DNA of 64,000 nucleotides from Gammaproteobacteria bacterium (GTDB lineage Bacteria; Pseudomonadota; Gammaproteobacteria; JACQPQ01): NCBI GenBank assembly GCA_016207405.1, contig JACQPQ010000021.1, positions 4,936 to 68,935 of the forward strand, read 5' to 3'. Shown piece by piece: positions 56,289 to 64,000 of this stretch (position 1 is its first letter; each line of letters starts with the position of its first letter). The notes under the pieces were generated by a model. It saw only the letters and a program-made list of their open reading frames with translations, ran no database searches and was not told where the DNA came from. The position numbers and the translations under genes were made by a program.

Positions 56289-56633
56289 CGCAGTAAAAGA
56301 AGAACCACATCCACAGGTGGTTTTTGCATTGGGGTTATGGATCACAAATTGTGCGCCCTGAACATCTTCCTGGTAGTCTACTTCTGCTCCCATTAAATAC
56401 TGAAAACTCATCGGATCGACTAAAAAAGTCACCCCCTCTTTTGTGAATTGGGTATCTTCTTCAGTCGCTTTTTCTTCAAAAGAAAACCCATATTGGAAAC
56501 CAGAACATCCGCCACCTGTAATAAATACACGAAGTTTAAGCGCATCGTTGTGTTCTTCTTCAATCAATTGGCGAACTTTTGAAATGGCGGCGTCTGTGAA
56601 CCGAATAAGATTTTCTGAGTCTGGAATGTTCAT
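56286..56633 (-). CDS. erpA: Iron-sulfur cluster insertion protein ErpA (A-type carrier)
   Basis: It has GCSGFQYGF and the C-terminal CGCGSSF cysteine triad. The length is 115 aa. Confidence 0.85.
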
Positions 56634-56678
56634 AGGCTGTCATCTTCTCAGGAGAGTGGTTTGTGGTCAAGCCATGGG

Positions 56679-56708
56679 AAGCTAATCTGGCGTGCCCGGA
56701 GGGATTAC
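56679..56708. repeat. 30-bp partial duplicate of the tRNA-Arg 3' end plus 9 downstream bp (att-like direct repeat, distal copy)
   Basis: aagctaatctggcgtgcccggagggatt at 56679..56708 matches aagctaatctggcgcgcccggagggatt at 57558..57587 in 29 of 30 positions. The proximal copy spans the 3' 21 nt of tRNA-Arg. Confidence 0.75.
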
Positions 56709-56792
56709 TCGCCGCTATCCTGGCCCTCTATGCCAGGCACGGTTGAACACAAATTCGGCACAGTGTGTTTTTATCGGTGTTATAATGTAAAT

Positions 56793-56954
56793 ATGAAACA
56801 CAATTGCTTGATGAACACCAATCCCTATTTAAAAGATCCAAAACAACGAATAAAATTGATTCGCCGTTCTGTTGAAAGTTCATCTGAAATCGAAGGAATT
56901 TATATTAAACTCGGGGAAAAAAGTTCTACTCGAAGAAAAAGAGCTATAGGATAG
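56793..56954 (+). CDS. Candidate FicA/YhfG-like antitoxin (53 aa) carrying an SxxxEG inhibitory motif
   Basis: The product is MKHNCLMNTNPYLKDPKQRIKLIRRSVESSSEIEGIYIKLGEKSSTRRKRAIG. RRSVESSSEIEGIYI resembles YhfG R.NFQQSRRLEGIEI. It is the 3' part of track ORF 56661..56954, convergent to the Fic gene and overlapping it by 11 bp. Confidence 0.4.
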   Translation: MKHNCLMNTNPYLKDPKQRIKLIRRSVESSSEIEGIYIKLGEKSSTRRKRAIG

Positions 56955-57471
56955 ACTTTTGAATAATTTTCTTAAAAAGAATTGTCATAGGTTGATAGTT
57001 TCTATCTAAACCAGCCTGAACAGCTCGAAAGTAAGCTTTTTTCTCTGCTCCTTTCACCATCCTATAATCAAGAGAAGGTAACCCCGCTTGCAAACACATT
57101 AAATCAGATAGTACGCGAGCTACTCTGCCATTACCTTCACGAAAAGGATGTATCAAAACCAATTCAGTATGAACAACTGCCAGCGCATGAGTAAGTTCTT
57201 CGTCTTCTAAACGGCTGCCTGGAGTAAAACGAGAAAGGATTTTCTTTTCAAACTCTGCCATTAAACGTGGTATTTCTCGTGCAGCGGCAAAATGAAAATC
57301 ATCCTTACTTAAGTTGGTATTACGATATTGTCCTGCCCACGAATAAATTTTCTTTAGCCAAGTCTTGTGAATAAAACAAATATCTTTTGCAGCAAATCGG
57401 TGGTTTTTATCGTAAGTTTTAGTGAATATCTTAAAAGCACTCTCGAGAGCTTCCGTTTCACGTCTATCCAT
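56944..57471 (-). CDS. Fic-family protein (class I-like; FicT/VbhT-type toxin candidate)
   Basis: It has the canonical HPFREGNGRVARVL (HPFx[DE]GNGR) motif and a length of 175 aa. It has no internal [ST]xxxE[GN] inhibitory motif. It lies inside the tRNA-flanked islet. Confidence 0.75.
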   Translation of the reverse strand: MDRRETEALESAFKIFTKTYDKNHRFAAKDICFIHKTWLKKIYSWAGQYRNTNLSKDDFHFAAAREIPRLMAEFEKKILSRFTPGSRLEDEELTHALAVVHTELVLIHPFREGNGRVARVLSDLMCLQAGLPSLDYRMVKGAEKKAYFRAVQAGLDRNYQPMTILFKKIIQKSIL

Positions 57472-57566
57472 TTTGTGTGGATCTTTGATGCCAAGTAGAT
57501 TTTTTAGAACTTCTTCATCGGAGCCAGGTTCAAACTGCGCTTCTTCAAATTCACTTTAAGCTAATC

Positions 57567-57643
57567 TGGCGCGCCCGGAGGGATTCGAACCCCCGACCAC
57601 CAAGTTCGTAGCCTGGTACTCTATCCTACTGAGCTACGGGCGC
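57567..57643 (-). tRNA. tRNA-Arg (anticodon ACG)
   Basis: The reverse-strand sequence is GCGCCCGTAGCTCAGTAGGATAGAGTACCAGGCTACGAACTTGGTGGTCGGGGGTTCGAATCCCTCCGGGCGCGCCA. It has a 7-bp acceptor stem, anticodon loop CTACGAA and encoded CCA. Confidence 0.9.
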
Positions 57644-57649
57644 GAATCA

Positions 57650-57744
57650 TGGCGGAGAGAGAGGGATTTGAACCCTCGATGGGGCTTTTGACCCCATACT
57701 CCCTTAGCAGGGGAGCGCCTTCAGCCGTGCTCGGCCATCTCTCC
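57650..57744 (-). tRNA. tRNA-Ser (anticodon GCT), long variable arm
   Basis: The reverse-strand sequence is GGAGAGATGGCCGAGCACGGCTGAAGGCGCTCCCCTGCTAAGGGAG...GGTTCAAATCCCTCTCTCTCCGCCA. It lies 6 nt upstream of tRNA-Arg, matching the serV-argV order. Confidence 0.9.
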
Positions 57745-57912
57745 TTTTCAATGGGGCTTAGTGTACCAATCTTTTTTTAGTGAAAGAAGGGAAAGTCTTC
57801 GGTTTTATTGAAGCACCATTTAAAATAAAGACATTTTTATCAACGTTGCTGACACACGCGTTTTGGCAAGGAAACGTGGCAGATGTTATGATGTGTGGAT
57901 TCATTATCTGTA

Positions 57913-57950
57913 AGGGCCTGTAAAAGAAAAGTTATTTTTTTACAGGCCCT
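57913..57950. terminator. Hairpin 3' of mutS (AGGGCCTGTAAAA-12 nt-TTTTACAGGCCCT)
   Basis: It is a 13-bp perfect stem. There is no clean U-tract on either side, so I treat it as a putative terminator or boundary between mutS and the tRNA operon promoter. Confidence 0.4.
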
Positions 57951-58082
57951 AAGCATCAAAAATATGTTTGGACAGTTATCAACCGCCATCTATTGGTCTT
58001 TTTCAGGAAACGGTATTCCCCCTGATAACATTTCTCATTCAAGATATAGTGGACCCAATTCTCTGCGCCAAAAAAAGAGCAG

Positions 58083-60521
58083 TTATTCCTTGGCGGACCC
58101 TTGCATTTCGTGCACGGTTTCTAACTCTTCTAATTTATCTTCCGCCATTTGGATTACTGTTTCTGGAAGCCCTGCGAGTTTGGCGACCTCTATCCCATAA
58201 CTCTGATGAGCAGGCCCCTCATTGACAGAATATAAAAAGGTAATGCGCTTATCTCGTTTTTCTGCCGCGACGTGAACATTGCGAAGTCCAAAATTTTTTC
58301 CAGCGAGCTCTGTCAATTCAAAATAATGTGTGGCAAATAGGGTAAACGCTCGAATGTTTTTGACTAAATGAACTACGGCTGCCCACGCTAAACTTAATCC
58401 ATCAAAAGTGCTTGTTCCACGCCCCATTTCATCCATCAACACTAAACTCCGATCTGTCGCATGATGCAAAATATGGGCCGTTTCTATCATTTCCACCATA
58501 AAGGTAGAACGACCGCTCGCGATTTCATCTCCTGCCCCCATCCGAGTTAAAATCTGGTCAAACACGCTCATCGTGACAGAGCGCGCAGGCACATAACATC
58601 CAACTTGAGCTAAGAGCACAATCAAAGCCGCTTGCCTAAGATAAGTGGATTTTCCTCCCATATTGGGGCCCGTAATAATCAAACTTTTTTGGTCGGAGAA
58701 TAAATGCAGATCATTTGGAACAAAGGGTGTTTCGGAAAAGGCTTCGACAACCAAGTGACGCCCCTCTTCTATGTGAAGGCCACCTTCCTCCTGAAAGTTT
58801 GGCCTACACAGATTAAGCGACACGGCTCGCTCAGCAAAATTAGCAAACAGATCTAGCTCCGCTAAGGCCTTTGCCATAGCTTGCAAAGGGCTTAAGTGTT
58901 CTATCAAACGCCCTAAAAGTTCCTCATACAGTTGCTTCTCCCGCGCCAATGCCCGCGCTTTGGCGCTTAAGACTTTATCTTCAAAAGTAGAGAGTTCAGG
59001 CGTTGTAAACCTTTCCGCATTTTTTAAGGTCTGACGACGCATATAATGCACAGGCACTTTGTCCAATTGCCCACGGCTCACTTCGATGGTGTACCCGTGT
59101 ACCGTGTTAAATTGAACTTTGAGCGTTGAAATCCCTGTTTTTTGTTTCTCTTCTTGTTCAAAGACTCGCAAAAAATGATGTGCATCTTCCGAGAGCTTTC
59201 GGAAGTTATCCAACTCTTCATCATACCCTGATTGAATGACTCCCCCCTCCCGAAGTGTGACGGGTGGGGTGCTCACGATGCTTTCTTCGAGTAATTTCTG
59301 TAAAAGAGGTTGTGGAATAAGGCATTCAGCAATTTGGTTTAAATTTTTAGTTTTAAAGGATAATGAAGAATGCAAAAGGGGCAATTGACTCAATGCTTTT
59401 CTTAGTTTGATCAAATCAAGTGGCCTTGCTGAACGAAGCCCTATCCGGCCTAAAATGCGCTCGAGATCTCCTATGCCTTTTAAATGTATTTGCACCGTGT
59501 AAAACTGGTGATCAGATCGGAGTTCAGAAATAGCCTCCTGCCGCTCCAAAATCTCTCTTCTCGACCGCAAGGGTTTCTGCAACCATCTGCCCAATAGGCG
59601 ACTTCCTATTGGGGTCACTGTTTTATCCAGAACTGTTTTTATTGTGTATTGAGAAGAACCTTGTAAATTGAGCGCGATCTCTAAATTTCGTCGTGTCGGT
59701 GCGTCCAATAGGAGCATGTCTTTGGGATGTTCTATTTGCAAAGTTTTAAGGTGAGGCACGCCACTCCTTTGCGTGTATTCCACATATTGAAGTACACACC
59801 CTATTGCTTTGACCGCTTGTGTCAAAGGCTCTAAACCGAATGCTTTGAAATCCTGCACCTTAAACTGCTCTTTTATGCGACCAAGACTGCGTTTGGAGTC
59901 AAAATACCAGGAAGGGCACCGCTCGCACTTCCAGGAAGAGAATTTTTCCGGCAAGGTTACCGTATCTTCCACTAGTAATTCAGCAGGTTGAATGCGTTTC
60001 AATTCATGAAATAGCGCATCTTCTCCTTCCCCCTCGGAGGCGACACAAACACCACTGGCTAAATTGAGGACAGCAAGCCCATATCTTTGAGGCAATCCAC
60101 TCAAGGCAACCAAAACGTGATCGCATCCTTCCTCCATCAACGCTTCATCGGTTACGGTTCCAGGCGTTAAAATGCGCGTAACCTTTCGCTCCATAGGGCC
60201 TTTATTGCTTGGATCGCCTATTTGTTCACAGACGACGACCGTTTCTCCAAGGCGAAGCAACTTGGCGAGATAATTCTCTGCCGCATGAAAAGGAACACCT
60301 GCCATAGGAATTGGCTCCCCGAGAGAGGTACCACGTGTCGTTAACGTAATGTCTAAAAGTTCTGCTGCACGTTTAGCATCTTCATAGAAGAGCTCGTAGA
60401 AATCCCCCATGCGATAAAATACAAGATTTTTAGGGTGGCGAGCTTTGATGGCTAAATACTGGCGCATCATGGGGGTGTGTTCTGGAGATGGAGAAACGAT
60501 TGTGGAGGTCGCTGAATTCAT
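58083..60521 (-). CDS. mutS: DNA mismatch repair protein MutS
   Basis: The N-terminus [47 protein letters not shown] matches MutS. Walker [11 protein letters not shown] and [10 protein letters not shown] are present. The length is 812 aa. Confidence 0.95.
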   Translation of the reverse strand: MNSATSTIVSPSPEHTPMMRQYLAIKARHPKNLVFYRMGDFYELFYEDAKRAAELLDITLTTRGTSLGEPIPMAGVPFHAAENYLAKLLRLGETVVVCEQIGDPSNKGPMERKVTRILTPGTVTDEALMEEGCDHVLVALSGLPQRYGLAVLNLASGVCVASEGEGEDALFHELKRIQPAELLVEDTVTLPEKFSSWKCERCPSWYFDSKRSLGRIKEQFKVQDFKAFGLEPLTQAVKAIGCVLQYVEYTQRSGVPHLKTLQIEHPKDMLLLDAPTRRNLEIALNLQGSSQYTIKTVLDKTVTPIGSRLLGRWLQKPLRSRREILERQEAISELRSDHQFYTVQIHLKGIGDLERILGRIGLRSARPLDLIKLRKALSQLPLLHSSLSFKTKNLNQIAECLIPQPLLQKLLEESIVSTPPVTLREGGVIQSGYDEELDNFRKLSEDAHHFLRVFEQEEKQKTGISTLKVQFNTVHGYTIEVSRGQLDKVPVHYMRRQTLKNAERFTTPELSTFEDKVLSAKARALAREKQLYEELLGRLIEHLSPLQAMAKALAELDLFANFAERAVSLNLCRPNFQEEGGLHIEEGRHLVVEAFSETPFVPNDLHLFSDQKSLIITGPNMGGKSTYLRQAALIVLLAQVGCYVPARSVTMSVFDQILTRMGAGDEIASGRSTFMVEMIETAHILHHATDRSLVLMDEMGRGTSTFDGLSLAWAAVVHLVKNIRAFTLFATHYFELTELAGKNFGLRNVHVAAEKRDKRITFLYSVNEGPAHQSYGIEVAKLAGLPETVIQMAEDKLEELETVHEMQGSAKE

Positions 60522-60524
60522 GGC

Positions 60525-61334
60525 ATGAATATACTATACTCACTCAGCAAGATGAACGTTCTTATTTTTGACATTGAAACCATACCGGATGTGGAGTCAG
60601 GGCGTAAACTTTACCCTTCCCTCTCTTCTTTACAAGATCGGGACGTTGCAGAAGCGCTCTTTCAAAAAAGGCGCCAAGAAAAAGGCTCAGATTTTTTGCC
60701 TCTACCGCTTCATAAAATTGTGGCGATATCGGTTGTTTTAAGCACATCAGAACAACTGAAAGTGGGTTCTCTCGGGAAGGAAGACTCAAAAGAAGCTGAA
60801 TTGGTCCAGCGCTTTTTTGATGGCATTGAACAGTTTTCTCCTACGCTCGTATCTTGGAATGGAAGTGGTTTTGACTTGCCTGTCCTTCACTATCGATCCT
60901 TACTGCATGGCATTGCTTCGCCTAAGTACTGGGAGACAGGGGAATCCGACGCTTCTTTCCGCTGGAATAATTATCTAAATCGCTTTCATTATCGTCATAC
61001 CGATTTAATGGATGTTTTATCCGCTTACCAACCTAAAGCGGCTACTTCTTTAAATGAGCTCTCTCTTGTTCTCGGGCTGCCAGGGAAAATGGGTATGGGT
61101 GGGGATAAAGTATGGGAAAGTTATCAGGCTGGCCAGCTTTCGGCTATTCGAAACTACTGCGAAACCGATGTCTTAAACACCTATTTGATATACTTGCGTT
61201 TTCAGCTCATGCGGGGCGTGTTAACCCAACAAAACTATAAGGCAGAATGTGAGCGAGTCGAAACGACGCTTTCCACTTCAGAAAAAGCACATCTCCAACA
61301 GTTTTTGAGTGTGTGGCAAACCGGGAAAGCTTAA
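60525..61334 (+). CDS. Predicted 3'-5' exonuclease of the RNase H-like/DEDD superfamily (PolB-exonuclease-domain-like)
   Basis: It has Exo-I-like [11 protein letters not shown], and later motifs [10 protein letters not shown] and Y...D. The start may be the second ATG (MNVLIF, 60552). It is divergent from mutS. Confidence 0.5.
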   Translation: MNILYSLSKMNVLIFDIETIPDVESGRKLYPSLSSLQDRDVAEALFQKRRQEKGSDFLPLPLHKIVAISVVLSTSEQLKVGSLGKEDSKEAELVQRFFDGIEQFSPTLVSWNGSGFDLPVLHYRSLLHGIASPKYWETGESDASFRWNNYLNRFHYRHTDLMDVLSAYQPKAATSLNELSLVLGLPGKMGMGGDKVWESYQAGQLSAIRNYCETDVLNTYLIYLRFQLMRGVLTQQNYKAECERVETTLSTSEKAHLQQFLSVWQTGKA

Positions 61335-61347
61335 AAACTACGGGTTA

Positions 61348-61584
61348 TCACTCTTCATCAGAAGAAGGCTCGTCCTTTCCTCCAAAACTCGTTCCCCCCC
61401 CTCCTGTGGCTCCTTCGCCCTTTTCTTTTTGAATTTTCTGGTAAATTTCCTCGCGATGCACGGCGACATCCCGAGGCGCATTAATTCCAATCCTGACTTG
61501 GTTTCCTTTTATGCCTAATACCGTTATTGAAACATTATCCCCAATCATGAGTGTTTCACCCACTCGTCTCGTTAAAATTAACAT
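61348..61584 (-). CDS. csrA: Carbon storage regulator CsrA/RsmA with a Gly-rich acidic C-terminal tail
   Basis: [48 protein letters not shown] matches CsrA almost position by position. Residues 55-78 ([25 protein letters not shown]) are additional. Confidence 0.9.
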   Translation of the reverse strand: MLILTRRVGETLMIGDNVSITVLGIKGNQVRIGINAPRDVAVHREEIYQKIQKEKGEGATGGGGTSFGGKDEPSSDEE

Positions 61585-61704
61585 GTGCTATCTCCGTATA
61601 AGTCCAAAGACAAAGAACATTTAAGCGCCCCTTATTCTTCGTTTTAGAAATAAAGTTCGCCCTCCTATTTGGTATATCGGCCAAAAAAGATAAAAATAAA
61701 GTTT

Positions 61705-62946
61705 TTACACCAATAGGGATTTAGGGCTTGCCTTCACATCGAGACCAAAAGCGGTGTGAAGAGCCCTGACTGCCAGTTCCAAATATTTCTCTTCAATCAC
61801 GACGGATACTTTGATCTCGGATGTGGAAATGAGTTGAATACTGATCCCTTCGTTGGCGAGCGCCTTAAACATGGTGGTAGCAATTCCTGCGTGAGACCGC
61901 ATTCCAACCCCCACAATTGAAACTTTAACAATCTTTTCATCTCCTAAAACCTCTTCTGCACCCAAGAGGTGAGCACTTTTTTCTAAAATATGCTTGGCTT
62001 GAGAAAAATCGTTTTTATTCACCGTAAATGTAAAATCAATGGTTCCATCCGCTGCTGTATTTTGAATAATCATGTCTACAACAATATTGGCATCGCTCAC
62101 GGGTCCTAAAATAGTGCTGCCTATGCCTGCTCGATCAGGAACCTTACGAATCGTTAATTTAGCTTCATCTGCATCAAAGGTTACGCCAGACACAATGGGT
62201 TGTTCCATATTTTTGTCCTCAAACGAAATCAGCGTACCCGTGTCCTCTGAAAAAGTGGATAAAACCCGCACGGGTACTTTATATTTGCCTGCAAACTGAA
62301 CGGCTCGATTGTTAATCACCTTTGAGCCAAGGCTTGATAGTTCTAATACCTCTTCAAAAGTAATTCGGTCTAATCGCCTTGCGCTTGGAACGATGCGAGG
62401 ATCGGCAGTATAGATGCCATTCACATCGGTATAAATTAAGCACTCATCGGCATGAAGCAAAGCGGCAAGCGCTACAGCAGTAGTGTCAGAACCTCCTCTT
62501 CCCAAGGTTGTAATGTTGTTTCCAGGGTCAACCCCTTGAAACCCTGCAACAATAACAACTTTCCCATTTGCTAAATCTTGGCGTATAAATTCCTCATCGA
62601 TATGGAGAATACGTGCCTTGTTATAAACATCACTCGTTAAGATCTTAACCTGGGAACCGGTATAAGAGCGTGCGGGGCACCCTCTTGCAATAAGCGATAT
62701 TGCAAGAAGCGCAATACTGACTTGTTCCCCCGTTGACACTAAAACGTCTAATTCCCGAGGATCGGGTTCTGGGGTCATATTCCGAGCAAGGTCCAAGAGG
62801 CGGTCGGTTTCCTTCCCCATAGCAGAGACAACCACCACAACCTCATGCCCTTCCGACCGAGTCTTCAGAATTTTCTCAGTAACGTATTGAATTTTTTCAA
62901 TACTGCCTACTGAAGTGCCACCATATTTTTGAACATACAAAGCCAT
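61705..62946 (-). CDS. lysC: Aspartate kinase (monofunctional, two ACT domains)
   Basis: It has the N-terminus MALYVQKYGGTSVGS, the amino-acid kinase fold and C-terminal ACT repeats. The length is 413 aa. It lies upstream of csrA, as in Pseudomonas. Confidence 0.9.
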   Translation of the reverse strand: MALYVQKYGGTSVGSIEKIQYVTEKILKTRSEGHEVVVVVSAMGKETDRLLDLARNMTPEPDPRELDVLVSTGEQVSIALLAISLIARGCPARSYTGSQVKILTSDVYNKARILHIDEEFIRQDLANGKVVIVAGFQGVDPGNNITTLGRGGSDTTAVALAALLHADECLIYTDVNGIYTADPRIVPSARRLDRITFEEVLELSSLGSKVINNRAVQFAGKYKVPVRVLSTFSEDTGTLISFEDKNMEQPIVSGVTFDADEAKLTIRKVPDRAGIGSTILGPVSDANIVVDMIIQNTAADGTIDFTFTVNKNDFSQAKHILEKSAHLLGAEEVLGDEKIVKVSIVGVGMRSHAGIATTMFKALANEGISIQLISTSEIKVSVVIEEKYLELAVRALHTAFGLDVKASPKSLLV

Positions 62947-63027
62947 AAGAATCCCTTTCCTTCATAAAAGGCCGGCCGAATTTAGCATAAATTTTGCCCA
63001 TAAAAAAGGGGGCACTTTATAAAACCT

Positions 63028-64000
<973 letters not shown>

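Noticed and set aside
56679-57587. Integrase, excisionase or phage genes for the tRNA-Arg islet
   Set aside because: None is present in any frame. The islet is treated as a remnant or minimal cassette.

Overview
This window is a gene-dense chromosomal segment of a gammaproteobacterium. GC is roughly in the mid-40s %, and the gene order looks Pseudomonas-like: lysC-csrA, tRNA-Ser-tRNA-Arg, proC-yggT, anmK-erpA. Most of it is housekeeping: DAHP synthase, guaA, tadA, pilT plus minor pilins, pyrF, recN, nadK, tsaB, pabB, proS, gltX, cysS, speA, ribBA-ribH, serC, tig-clpP-clpX, mutS, lysC, obg. A long minus-strand array runs yggT-proC-gph-rluC-recJ-coq7-rpsI-rplM-gmk-yicC, followed by rph, an M23 peptidase and anmK-erpA.

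The accessory content is what deserves attention:
(1) A MtoAB/PioAB-like porin-cytochrome extracellular-electron-transfer cluster: a decaheme, a large beta-barrel, a CymA/NapC-like tetraheme and an extra cytochrome.
(2) Several toxin-antitoxin or abortive-infection modules. These are a HigB/HigA-like pair with a truncated toxin, an AbiEi/AbiEii pair in an AT-rich islet, and a mobile-mystery-protein A/B (Fic) cassette. The cassette has 34-bp tandem repeats and a frameshifted Fic gene, and it splits the ubiC-ubiA operon.
(3) A roughly 850-bp islet bounded by a 30-bp duplication of the tRNA-Arg 3' end. It carries a class-I Fic toxin and a convergent FicA/YhfG-like SxxxEG antitoxin.
(4) Three families of small non-coding repeats. 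One is a REP-like nested palindrome beginning TAGGGTGG and ending GTCCACC(AATT); it repeatedly supplies stop codons. One is G-quadruplex-capable heptamer arrays, (GGGRTAA)n and relatives, sitting on gene ends, including an in-frame 14-aa insertion inside tsaB. One is a roughly 185-bp MITE-like element present twice, with a conserved core but different, perfectly self-complementary 24-27-bp termini in each copy.
(5) A high-GC foreign gene, an IS110-family transposase remnant, and a Cys-rich membrane protein with a recent internal tandem duplication.

No rRNA, CRISPR array or intact integrase is visible.
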